DNA of 64,000 nucleotides from Dehalococcoidia bacterium (GTDB lineage: Bacteria > Chloroflexota > Dehalococcoidia > UBA2979): the NCBI GenBank assembly GCA_965262725.1, contig OZ253555.1, forward strand, positions 3,232,001-3,296,000. Reading direction: 5' to 3'. A program made the translations under genes and the position numbers. The notes under the pieces were generated by a model that was not told where the DNA came from, searched no databases, and saw nothing but the letters and a program-made list of their open reading frames with translations. Shown one piece after another: positions 27,629 to 36,676 of this stretch (within the stretch, counting starts at the first letter, position 1; each line of letters opens with the position of its first letter).

Positions 27629-28912
27629 CTACCGCTTCGGTGCCGTTCCCCCGGTGCCCGGGGGCGCGGACGCGGGGTCGTCGCCCCGCGCCGACCCCGC
27701 GGCGAGCGCGGGAGCCTCGACGCCTCCGAAGAGCTCGTAGGAGAGCCGTTCCCGCAGCGTGTCGATTCCCCAGCCGCGGATCGCCGAGGTCAGCACGAAC
27801 CCGATCGGGGGCTTCACGCTCCCGCCCCCGCCGTCTCCGAGCTCGGGGAGTTCCCCGGCGTCGCCGCGTGCCGCGCCGGGCCGGCCGTCGGACTTGCTCA
27901 GGGCGACGAGCCGGGGCAGATGGCCGAGCCCCAGGTCGGCCAGGGTCGCCTCCACGGTCGACACCTGCATCTCGGCGGTCGGCGAGGTGACGTCGACGAT
28001 GTGCAGCAGAAGGTCGGCCGATTCCAGCTCCTCCAGGGTCGCCCGGAAGGCGGAGATCAGCTGCGGGGGGAGCTTCTGCATGAACCCGACCGTATCGGTG
28101 AGCAAGAAGGCGAGGCCCGGCGGGATGCCCGGTCCGCCGGCGGCGACGCGGCGCGTGGTCGGGTCCAGCGTCGCGAACGGCTGGTCGGCGATGAGCACGT
28201 CGGCCCCGGCCAGGGCGCGCAGCAGCGAGGACTTCCCGGCGTTTGCGTAGCCGACCAGGGCGACGACGGGGATCCCCTGCCGCGCGCGGCGCCGGCGGTG
28301 GAGGGCCCGCTGCCGCCGCACCGCTTCGAGGCGACGCTGCAGCCGCGCGATGCGTCCGCCGATCAGCCGCCGGTCCGTCTCGAGCTGCGTCTCTCCGGGC
28401 CCGCGTGCGCCGATCGCACCCTCCAGCCGCTCGAGGTGCTCCCACTGCCCGCGCAGCCTGGGGAGCAGGTAGCGATGCTGCGCGAGTTCGACCTGCAGCG
28501 CCGCCTCGTGGCTCCGCGCTCGCGAGGCGAAGATGTCGAGGATCAGCGCGCTGCGGTCGAGCACCTTGACGTCGAGCTCGCGCTCGAGCCGGAGCTGCTG
28601 CGCCGGCGAGAGCGGATCGTCGACGAGCACGAGCGTGTAGCCGAGCTCCCCGCGCGCCGCCCGTACCTCCTGGAGCTTCCCCCCGCCGACGTACGTGGCA
28701 GGGTCGGGATGATCCCGGCGCTGCAGCGTCCGGCCGACCACGACCGCTCCCGCCGCCTCGGCGAGCCCGGCGAGCTCCTCGAGCGACTCGTCGCCCGGCA
28801 TCTCACCCGGGGCCGGGCGCTCTCGCCGCGACTCGACCGCGACCAGGTAGGCGCGCTCCCTCGCGGGCGCGGTCGGACGCGTGGGCGGCGGGCCCGGCGA
28901 GCCGCCTCCCAC
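27629..28912 (-). CDS. hflX: Ribosome-splitting GTPase HflX
   Basis: LILDIFASRARSHEAALQVELAQ, RGPGETQLETDRR, GYANAGKS, FATLDPTTR, DTVGF. Confidence 0.95.
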   Translation of the reverse strand: MGGGSPGPPPTRPTAPARERAYLVAVESRRERPAPGEMPGDESLEELAGLAEAAGAVVVGRTLQRRDHPDPATYVGGGKLQEVRAARGELGYTLVLVDDPLSPAQQLRLERELDVKVLDRSALILDIFASRARSHEAALQVELAQHRYLLPRLRGQWEHLERLEGAIGARGPGETQLETDRRLIGGRIARLQRRLEAVRRQRALHRRRRARQGIPVVALVGYANAGKSSLLRALAGADVLIADQPFATLDPTTRRVAAGGPGIPPGLAFLLTDTVGFMQKLPPQLISAFRATLEELESADLLLHIVDVTSPTAEMQVSTVEATLADLGLGHLPRLVALSKSDGRPGAARGDAGELPELGDGGGGSVKPPIGFVLTSAIRGWGIDTLRERLSYELFGGVEAPALAAGSARGDDPASAPPGTGGTAPKR

Positions 28913-29089
28913 GGGGGGCGCCGGAAGCCGGGGCGGAAGGCTGCGCTGACGCTTCCTCGGTGCTATCTCGGCTCGCCTCCGACGCGCGCCGCCCGCGGGC
29001 GGGTGCCATCACTATACGGGTCTGCACGTAGACGCCGAGCGCGGCCGGGTCGCGCACCGGGCTGCGGGGCCCCGAGGGCGGCGCCCGAC

Positions 29090-30268
29090 CTACGCCCGGC
29101 CGGAGCGGCGGGCGAACGCGGCAAGCCGCGAGAGCCCCTCGTCGAGCCTCTCGTCGGGGAGCGTCAGCGAGAGGCGGACGTATCCCTCCCCGGCCTCCCC
29201 GTAGGCAATCCCCGGCGTGACGACGACGCCCGTCTCGTTGAGCAGCCGCTCCGCGAACGCCGCCGAGGAATGCTCCCCCTCGGGAAGCCTCGCCCACACG
29301 TAAAGCGAGGCGCTGGGAGGATCGACGTCCAGCCCGAGCGCGCGCAGCGCCTCGACGGCCCGGTCGCGGCGTCGCTGGTAGATAGCGTTGTGCCTCTCGA
29401 TCTCATGGAGCGGTCCCTCGAGGGCAGCGATCGCCATCTCCTGGATCGCCTGCGGGATCCCCGAGTCGAGATTCGACTTCACGCGCGTCAGCGCGTCGAT
29501 GAGCGTCGGATTCCCGACCGCCATAGCGACCCTCCAGCCGGTCATGTTGAACGACTTCGAGAGCGAGTTGAACTCGATCGCCACCTCGCGTGCCCCGTCG
29601 ACCTCCAGGATCGATGGCGCGACGTAGCCGTCGAAGGTCACGTCGGCGTACGCGAGATCGTGCGCGATCCAGATATCGCGGCGGCGCGCCCACGCGACGG
29701 CGCGGGCGAAGAACGCCTCGTCGGCGACCGCGCCGGTGGGGTTGTTGGGGTAGTTGAGCCAGAGCAGCCGCGCCTGCGCGGCGACCGAGTCCGGCACCTC
29801 CTCGAGACGCGGAAGCCAGCCGTCCTCTTCGCGCAGCGGGAGCCGCACCACCTCGGCGCCAGCGAACATCGCTCCCACCTCGTAGACGGGGTAGCCGGGA
29901 TCGGTCACCAGCACGACGTCACCCGGGTCGGCGACGCAAAGGGGGAGGTGCCCGATCCCCTCCTTCGAGCCGATCAGCGAGACGACCTCGGCATCGGGGT
30001 CGAGCGGGACGCCATGACGGCGGCGATACCACGCCGCCACGGCGGCGCGAAGGGTTGGCAGCCCTTCCGTCTCGGGGTAGCGGTGGTTCGCCGGGTCGTC
30101 GGCGGCACGCTTCAGCGCGTCGAGAATGTGCCCGGGCGTCGGCAGATCGGGGTCGCCGATACCGAAGGAGATGACGTCGACGCCCTCGGCGCGCTTCTGC
30201 GCGATCAGCTGTGAGATGCGCGCGAAGAGGTACGGCGGGAGTCGCTCCACCCGCTTGGAGAGCCTCAC
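29090..30268 (-). CDS. dapL: LL-diaminopimelate aminotransferase
   Basis: LPPYLF, GIGDPD, GSKEG, NYPNNPTG, SLSKSFNMTGWR; coupled to dapF. Confidence 0.88.
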   Translation of the reverse strand: MRLSKRVERLPPYLFARISQLIAQKRAEGVDVISFGIGDPDLPTPGHILDALKRAADDPANHRYPETEGLPTLRAAVAAWYRRRHGVPLDPDAEVVSLIGSKEGIGHLPLCVADPGDVVLVTDPGYPVYEVGAMFAGAEVVRLPLREEDGWLPRLEEVPDSVAAQARLLWLNYPNNPTGAVADEAFFARAVAWARRRDIWIAHDLAYADVTFDGYVAPSILEVDGAREVAIEFNSLSKSFNMTGWRVAMAVGNPTLIDALTRVKSNLDSGIPQAIQEMAIAALEGPLHEIERHNAIYQRRRDRAVEALRALGLDVDPPSASLYVWARLPEGEHSSAAFAERLLNETGVVVTPGIAYGEAGEGYVRLSLTLPDERLDEGLSRLAAFARRSGRA

Positions 30269-31167
30269 AGGGCGCTCTCCTCAAAGGGCCACTCCGCACT
30301 GAAGACGTGCGCGACCGGCCCGTCGAGGAGGACCTCGCCCTCACCATCCCAGCTCACGGTGACCTCGCCCCCGGGGAGCCGCACCGTCACGGTATCGTCG
30401 ACCAATCCATGCAGACGAGCCGCGACCACGGCGGCGCAGGCGCCGGAGCCGCAAGCCTGCGTCTCGCCCACGCCGCGCTCCCACACCCGCATCTCGAGTG
30501 CGCCTCTCCCCTCCACGCGCGCGAACTCGACATTGGTCCGGTGCGTGAAGAGCGGGTGGTGCTCGACGGCCGGTCCGACCCGCGCGACCGGGTAGGCCTG
30601 AGGTGGCCCGTCCAGGAAGGCGACGGCGTGCGGGTTGCCCATCGAGACCAGCGTAAGGGAGAGCCCGACCTCGCGGCCGCCCTCCGGCGTCACGGCGAGA
30701 GGCAGGTCGAGCACCGGTGGCGGCCCCTCGAGGGCGGCTCCGATCGCCGCGGGCTCGAACGCGGGGCGCCCCATCGAGACGCGAACGGCCGTTACCTCGC
30801 CCCGGTCGTCGCGCCGCGTCTCCGCGGCCAGCACCCCGGAGATCGTCTCGACCCGCACGCGCCCGTCGGACGCCTCCACGAGGCGGCGGTCGAGCAGGTA
30901 GCGCACGAAGCAGCGGATCCCGTTCCCGCACATCTCCGCCTCGGATCCGTCGGCGTTGAAGATGCGCATCCGCCGGTCGGCAACGGCGGAGGGGAGCACC
31001 AGAAGCAAACCGTCCGCGCCAACCCCCCGGTGGCGGTCGCAGATCGCGCGCGCGAGCGCGGGCCACGCCGCCTCGTCGCTCGCGGGCCCGGAGGGCGGCG
31101 GCTCGGCGACGACGAAGTCGTTCCCCGCGCCATGCATCTTCCAGAAGGGCAGGCTCGTGCGCGTCAT
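30265..31167 (-). CDS. dapF: Diaminopimelate epimerase
   Basis: KMHGAGNDF, NADGSEAEMCGNGIRC, MGNPH, ERGVGETQACGSG. Confidence 0.96.
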   Translation of the reverse strand: MTRTSLPFWKMHGAGNDFVVAEPPPSGPASDEAAWPALARAICDRHRGVGADGLLLVLPSAVADRRMRIFNADGSEAEMCGNGIRCFVRYLLDRRLVEASDGRVRVETISGVLAAETRRDDRGEVTAVRVSMGRPAFEPAAIGAALEGPPPVLDLPLAVTPEGGREVGLSLTLVSMGNPHAVAFLDGPPQAYPVARVGPAVEHHPLFTHRTNVEFARVEGRGALEMRVWERGVGETQACGSGACAAVVAARLHGLVDDTVTVRLPGGEVTVSWDGEGEVLLDGPVAHVFSAEWPFEESAL

Positions 31168-31204
31168 CGCTCCCCGCAGGCTCCTCGATCGCGGCGCTGT
31201 GATG

Positions 31205-32191
31205 CTATCGCACAGCCACCACAGAGGCCGGACCGCCCCACGCTTCGAGCGTGGGCGCGAGCCGACTCGCCTCCTCCAGCAGCGTGCTCGTAACCCGGGT
31301 GCCATCGCGAGCGTCCACCCAGCGGATTCGCGGATCGGCCGCCCGGAACCAGGTCGACTGCTGCCGGATCAGACGATGCGTCTCCGTCCTGGTGCGCGCC
31401 AGCGCCTCCTCGGCGCTCCACGCACCCTCGACCACGCGCGCCGCCTCCCGGTAACCGACCGAAGCCAGCGCCGGGAGGGATCGGCCGTAACCGCGGAGGA
31501 GGGCGCGCGTCTCCTCGACGAGTCCGCCCGCATAGATGGAGGCGGCGCGCTCGTCCGCGCGCGCGTACAGCTCCGAGCGCGGTCGGCGGAGGCCCACGGC
31601 ACGCCAGGAGACGCCGGGATCGCCCCTCTCAAGGGGCGGCACCGGCGCGCCGGTCGTCTCCACGATCTCGATCGCCCGCATCAGGCGGCGCGCGTTGCGT
31701 TCGCCGATCCGGGTCGCCGAGGCCGGGTCGACGCGGGCGAGCCGCTCGCCGAGCGCCTGCACCCCCGCCCGCGCCGCCAGCGCCTCCAGCTCGGCACGGA
31801 GCACAGGGTCCGGCGGAACCGCCGGCACTCGCCACCCCTCGAGCAGCGCCCAGGCGTACTGGCCGGTGCCAGCGACGAGGAGCGGCAGGCGTCCCCGCTC
31901 GTGGCAGGAGGCGATGGCGGCGCGGGCCGCCTGGAGCCAGTCTGCGAGCGTCCACGGAGCGTCGGGCTCGACGATGCCGACGACGTGGTGGGGGACGGCG
32001 TCGAGCTCCGCGTCGCTGGGTGCCGCGGTCCCGATGCGCATCCCGCGGCGCAGCTGGCGCGAGTCGGCGGCGACGACCTCGACGGGAAGCACGCGCGCGA
32101 GCGCGACGGCGGCCTCCGTCTTCCCCGAAGCGGTGGGCCCGAGCAGAGCGAGAAGCGGTCCCCGGGCCGGGGCGCGATCGGCGGCCTGCAT
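31205..32191 (-). CDS. miaA: tRNA dimethylallyltransferase
   Basis: GPTASGKT, ADSRQ, IGTA.P, PHH, GTGQY, IRQQSTWF. Confidence 0.95.
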   Translation of the reverse strand: MQAADRAPARGPLLALLGPTASGKTEAAVALARVLPVEVVAADSRQLRRGMRIGTAAPSDAELDAVPHHVVGIVEPDAPWTLADWLQAARAAIASCHERGRLPLLVAGTGQYAWALLEGWRVPAVPPDPVLRAELEALAARAGVQALGERLARVDPASATRIGERNARRLMRAIEIVETTGAPVPPLERGDPGVSWRAVGLRRPRSELYARADERAASIYAGGLVEETRALLRGYGRSLPALASVGYREAARVVEGAWSAEEALARTRTETHRLIRQQSTWFRAADPRIRWVDARDGTRVTSTLLEEASRLAPTLEAWGGPASVVAVR

Positions 32192-32194
32192 GGA

Positions 32195-32986
32195 TCAACC
32201 GCCTCCGGCCGCCGCCACCCCGCGGCAGATCGCCGCGAACTCGGCCGCCCTCAGCGAAGCGCCGCCGACAAGCGCACCGTCCACGGAGGAGAGGCCGGCC
32301 AACTCGCCAGCGTTCGCCGCGTTCACCGAGCCACCGTAGAGCACGCGGCAGGCAGCCGCCGCTGCCGCGCCGAAGCGCTCCGCCACGATGCGGCGCACGG
32401 CCGAGCACCCCTCCCCCGCCTGGGACGCCGTCGCGCTCTCGCCCCTCCCGATGGTCCACACCGGCTCGTAGGCGACCGCCACGCGGCCGTCGGGCCCGCC
32501 CACGCCCTCGAAGGCCGCGAGCAGCTGCCTCCGGAGCACTGCCTCGGTCTCGCCGGCCTCCCGCTCGCCGGCGGTCTCGCCGACGGCGAGGAGCGGGCTG
32601 AGACCGGCCTCCAGCACCGCGGCGAGGAGGTGCGCGGTCGCCCGGTCGCACTCGTGGAAGAGCTGGCGGCGCTCGGAGTGACCGACGAGGACGTAGTCGA
32701 CGACGCCCGCGATCTGCTGCGCGCTCACCGCACCGGTGAAAGCACCCTCGCGCTCCCAGTGCGCGTGCTGGGCGCCCACGCGGAGGGTGCTGCCGGCCAG
32801 CAGGTCGTGCGCATCGGCGAGCCACGGCGCGGGCGGGAGGATCACGACCTCGACGCCGGCGAGGCCGTCGAGCTCCGAGCGCAGCTCCCGGAGCAGCGCG
32901 CGCGCCTCCTCGCGGGTCGTGTGCATCTTCCAGTTGCCGCCCACGAGCGGACGCCACCCATCCGCCCGGCCGCCCGGCACCCGCAC
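32195..32986 (-). CDS. tpiA: Triosephosphate isomerase
   Basis: GNWKMH, GAFTG, GHSERR, AYEPVW, YGGSV, LVGGASL; start approximate. Confidence 0.95.
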   Translation of the reverse strand: MRVPGGRADGWRPLVGGNWKMHTTREEARALLRELRSELDGLAGVEVVILPPAPWLADAHDLLAGSTLRVGAQHAHWEREGAFTGAVSAQQIAGVVDYVLVGHSERRQLFHECDRATAHLLAAVLEAGLSPLLAVGETAGEREAGETEAVLRRQLLAAFEGVGGPDGRVAVAYEPVWTIGRGESATASQAGEGCSAVRRIVAERFGAAAAAACRVLYGGSVNAANAGELAGLSSVDGALVGGASLRAAEFAAICRGVAAAGGG

Positions 32987-32990
32987 CCGC

Positions 32991-34211
32991 CTACGCCCCG
33001 TACTTGGCGAGCCGCCCGGCGTGCGCGAAGGCGAGCGGCAGCACATCGCGCGCGGGTATCGTCCCGAGGCCGCCGCGCGCGCACTCACCCTCGCCGAAGC
33101 CGTGGGAGTCATCGACGCGCACGTGGCGGCCCCACATCAGCAGGGGAACCGGGTGCCATGAGTGCGCCGCCATCGTCGCCGGCGTCGAGTGATCGCCCGT
33201 CACGACGAGCACGTCGGGCCGGAGTTCGAGCAGGCGGGGGAGCACACTGTCGAAGTCATGGATCGCCCGCGCCTTGCGCGCGAAATCGCCGTCCTCCCCC
33301 GCGGAATCCGTGTGCTTCCAGTGCACGAAGAAGAAATCGTACTCCTCCCAGTGGCGGCCGAGCGCCGCGATCTGCGTGTCTATCGATTCTCCGGCGTCGA
33401 GGACGTCCATGCCGACGAGCCGCGCCAGGCCCCGGTACATCGGGTAGGTGGCAACGGCGGCCGCCCGGAGCCTCCACAGATCCGGAAGCTGCGGCAGCTC
33501 CGGGCGCGTCGCCCAACCGCGCAGCGTGAGGGCGTTCGCCCTTTCCCGCGTCCGGAGGAGCCGGCGGGCCTCGGCAACGAAGCCGTTCACGAGCTCCGCC
33601 GTGCGCGTGGCGGCCGGGCGGGCGGCGTCCCCCTCCTCGGCGGTCGGCTCGGCGACGAGCGGCGCCACGCCGACCTGCTGCGGATCGGTCTCCGTGATGG
33701 CAGCCGAGAGCCCCTCGCCGCGGAGCACGAGCACGAAGCGATGCTCGCGCACGGGCTGGACCACGAGATCGACCCCGGGGATCTTCACGTCGGAGAGCAG
33801 GCCGGTGATCTCCGCGGTCACCTCCGTGGCGACGCGACCGGCTCGCCGGTCGACGATGCGCCCTTCGTCGTCGACGGTGCAGAGGTTCCCGCGCGCCGCC
33901 AGGTCGCGCGGGCCGAGCTCAAGCTCGATGCCCGTCGCCTCCAGCGCACCGCGCCCGACCTCGTGGCGCAGCGGATCGAGACCGAACAGCGCGAGGTGGC
34001 CGGGACCGGAGCCGGGCGTGATGCCGATGCCGACCGGGACGCTCCGCCCGACCGCGCCTCGCTCGGCGAGGTGGTCGAGATGGGGGCTGTCCGCCTCTTC
34101 GAGCTCGGTGCGCCCGCGCGGTCCGGGCAGGCCGCCGAGCCCGTCCATGACGCACAGCACGACCTTGGTCGCGGCCGGCATCGCGAGGCGTCGGATCAGC
34201 TCGGGCTCCAT
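32991..34211 (-). CDS. apgM: 2,3-bisphosphoglycerate-independent phosphoglycerate mutase, archaeal type
   Basis: MDGLGG, PGSGPGHLALFG, GRGALEA, K.TDSAGEDGD, TGDHSTP, HSWHPVP. Confidence 0.93.
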   Translation of the reverse strand: MEPELIRRLAMPAATKVVLCVMDGLGGLPGPRGRTELEEADSPHLDHLAERGAVGRSVPVGIGITPGSGPGHLALFGLDPLRHEVGRGALEATGIELELGPRDLAARGNLCTVDDEGRIVDRRAGRVATEVTAEITGLLSDVKIPGVDLVVQPVREHRFVLVLRGEGLSAAITETDPQQVGVAPLVAEPTAEEGDAARPAATRTAELVNGFVAEARRLLRTRERANALTLRGWATRPELPQLPDLWRLRAAAVATYPMYRGLARLVGMDVLDAGESIDTQIAALGRHWEEYDFFFVHWKHTDSAGEDGDFARKARAIHDFDSVLPRLLELRPDVLVVTGDHSTPATMAAHSWHPVPLLMWGRHVRVDDSHGFGEGECARGGLGTIPARDVLPLAFAHAGRLAKYGA

Positions 34212-34299
34212 GGGTCGATGCTATCAGGGGCGAGGGCTAGACCGTCACCGCGACGGCCCCCGGTTCCCGGTGGCCGTCGCGCGGCCCGGGCCGGCCCCC

Positions 34300-35487
34300 T
34301 TACGCCTCGGCGTCGAGCAGCGCCTCGACGGCGGGCAGCGGGCGCCCCTGCAGGAGCATCAGAGACGCGCCACCGCCGGTGGAGAGGTGCGTGATGCGGT
34401 CGGTGACGCCCGCGCGGTGCACGGCCGCCGCCGTCTCACCGCCGCCGACGACGGTCGTTGCGTCGAGGTCGGCGAGCATGCGTGCCATCGCGAGGGAGCC
34501 CTCGGCGAAGCGATCGTGCTCGAACAGGCCGAGCGGCCCGTTCCAGATGACGGTGTGCATCCCCGTCAGGGAGGCGCGGAAGGCGCGGGTGGTCGCTGGC
34601 CCGGTGTCGAGGATGCGCCAGCCGGCCGGGACCCGCGTGACCGGGAGCGTGCGCACCGAACCCCCGTACGGCGAGCCGAAGGCGGCGACGACGTCGCGCG
34701 GAAGCACGATCAGCACCTGGTGGCGGGCGGCGTGCGCCATGCAGCGGGCGGCGGCATCGAGCCGCTCGTCCTCGACCAGGGAGTCGGCCACGTCTGTGCC
34801 GCCGGCCTTGAGGAAGGTGTTCGCCATCGCGCCGCCGATGCAGACGACGTCGGCCATCTCGATGAGGTTCTCGAGGATGAGGACCTTGTCGCTGATCTTC
34901 GAGCCGCCCAGCACGAGGCCGAGGGGGCGCGCGGGGACGCGCGTCACTCCCTCGAGCATGTCGACCTCGCGCTCGAGCAGCAGGCCCGCGACGGCCGGCA
35001 GGTGCTGCGCGACTCCGACCAGCGAGGCGTGCGCGCGGTGCGCGCTCCCAAAGGCGTCGTTCACGAAGAGATCGCCGAGGCGCGCGAGCGCGGCCGCGAA
35101 TGCGGGATCGTTGGCCGACTCCTCGGGGTGGAATCGGAGATTCTCGAGCATCAGGATCTCGCCGCGGCCAAGAGCCGCGACGGCCTCCTCGACATCGCTC
35201 CCGACGCAGTTGTCCGCCGCCAGCACGGGCGCGTCGAGCAGCCCCCGCAGGTGCTGGGCCACGGGGCCGTTGCGGAGTTCCGGGACGACCTCGCCGCGCG
35301 GGCGTCCGCGGTGCGACGCGATGACGATGCGGCAGCCGGCCGCGCGCAGCAGTTCGATGGTCGGCAGCGACTCCCGCACGCGCAGGTCGTCGAAGACGAC
35401 GCCGTCCTCGACCTGCACGTTGTAGTCGACCCGGAGCAGTACGCGCTTCCCGGCGACATCGATGTCGCGGACCGTCTTCTTCCGCAT
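34300..35487 (-). CDS. pgk: Phosphoglycerate kinase
   Basis: RVDYNV, SHRGRP, LENLRFH, NDAFGSAHRAHAS, WNGPLG, STGGGAS. Confidence 0.96.
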   Translation of the reverse strand: MRKKTVRDIDVAGKRVLLRVDYNVQVEDGVVFDDLRVRESLPTIELLRAAGCRIVIASHRGRPRGEVVPELRNGPVAQHLRGLLDAPVLAADNCVGSDVEEAVAALGRGEILMLENLRFHPEESANDPAFAAALARLGDLFVNDAFGSAHRAHASLVGVAQHLPAVAGLLLEREVDMLEGVTRVPARPLGLVLGGSKISDKVLILENLIEMADVVCIGGAMANTFLKAGGTDVADSLVEDERLDAAARCMAHAARHQVLIVLPRDVVAAFGSPYGGSVRTLPVTRVPAGWRILDTGPATTRAFRASLTGMHTVIWNGPLGLFEHDRFAEGSLAMARMLADLDATTVVGGGETAAAVHRAGVTDRITHLSTGGGASLMLLQGRPLPAVEALLDAEA

Positions 35488-35602
35488 GAGGCGGCTCCCG
35501 TCATCGCAGGGGCGGCGCCCGCCGTCCCGCGACCCGGACCAATCCTCGGAGAGGTCGGGCGCGCACGCAATCGCGCGAGGGGCGTGCCGTGGCTCGGGTT
35601 GG

Positions 35603-36676
35603 TCAGCTCTCGCGGCCGGTCACTGAGTCGGCGAAGCTGCGGCAGAGCGCCACGGCCTCGGCGCCGAGGCCCGACGCCTCGATGGCACCGAGCGCGGAGG
35701 CGCTCTCCTCGGCGGCGAGACGCGTCGCCGCGTCGCGCCCGCCGGCGCGCTCCACAAGCGCGGCGAGGTGTGCGGCCTCGGCGTCCGCGGAGGCCGGGTC
35801 GCCGAGTGGCGGCGTCGCGTAGACGGCGGCGAGCTCCCGAGCGGCCTCCGGATCCCGCTCCGAACCCGACTCCAGCGCCCAGACGACCGGGTAGCTCTTC
35901 TTCCTGGTGCGCAGATCGTCGCCTGCCGGCTTCCCCGTGATCCGCGGATCCCCCCACGCGCCGAGCACGTCGTCGACGGCCTGGAACGCGATTCCCAGCC
36001 GCGCCCCGAACTCGCGGAAGGCGGCGACGATGCGCCCCTCCGCCCCTCCCAGCAGCGCTCCCATCGCGAAGGGGCACGCGAACATGGCGGACGTCTTCCC
36101 GGCGACCATCTCGAGGTAATCGCGCGTCCCGACGTCGGCGCGCTGCTCGAACGAGATGTCGAGGTACTGACCCTCCACGAGACGCAGGCTCCCCTCGGTG
36201 AGCTCGCGCATCGCCTCGAGCACGCGACGCTCCGCGTAGCCGCGCGCCGAGAGGCGATGCATCGCGTAGTGGGCGAGCGTGAAGAGGCCGTCGCCGGTGT
36301 TGATGGCCTGGCCCGGTCCGGCGAACGTCCACAGCGCCGGGCGCTCGCGGCGCAGGCGGCTCCCGTCCACGACGTCGTCGTGTACCAGTGAGAAGGCGTG
36401 CACCAGCTCGGCGGCGGCGGCCGCAGGCGCGGCCGGCTCGGCCTCGCCGCCGACCAGCTCCGCCGCGAGCAGCAGCGCGACGGGGCGCAGCCGCTTCCCG
36501 GCGGAGCCGCCCACGGGGCGCCCCGCGGCATCCTCCCAGCCGAGGTGATAGCGCATCCAGCCGAAGAGCTCGGCTCGCCCCGATCCCACGATGTCGCGCA
36601 TCTCCGCCTCGACCAGGGTGCGGTAGCGATCGGCGCGCTCCGCGAAGGCGGCCGGAGCCTCGTGCGAGGTGCTCAT
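35603..36676 (-). CDS. Polyprenyl diphosphate synthase (GGPP synthase-like)
   Basis: GKRLRP, HDDVVD first Asp-rich motif, GQYLD, FQAVDDVLG. Confidence 0.92.
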   Translation of the reverse strand: MSTSHEAPAAFAERADRYRTLVEAEMRDIVGSGRAELFGWMRYHLGWEDAAGRPVGGSAGKRLRPVALLLAAELVGGEAEPAAPAAAAAELVHAFSLVHDDVVDGSRLRRERPALWTFAGPGQAINTGDGLFTLAHYAMHRLSARGYAERRVLEAMRELTEGSLRLVEGQYLDISFEQRADVGTRDYLEMVAGKTSAMFACPFAMGALLGGAEGRIVAAFREFGARLGIAFQAVDDVLGAWGDPRITGKPAGDDLRTRKKSYPVVWALESGSERDPEAARELAAVYATPPLGDPASADAEAAHLAALVERAGGRDAATRLAAEESASALGAIEASGLGAEAVALCRSFADSVTGRES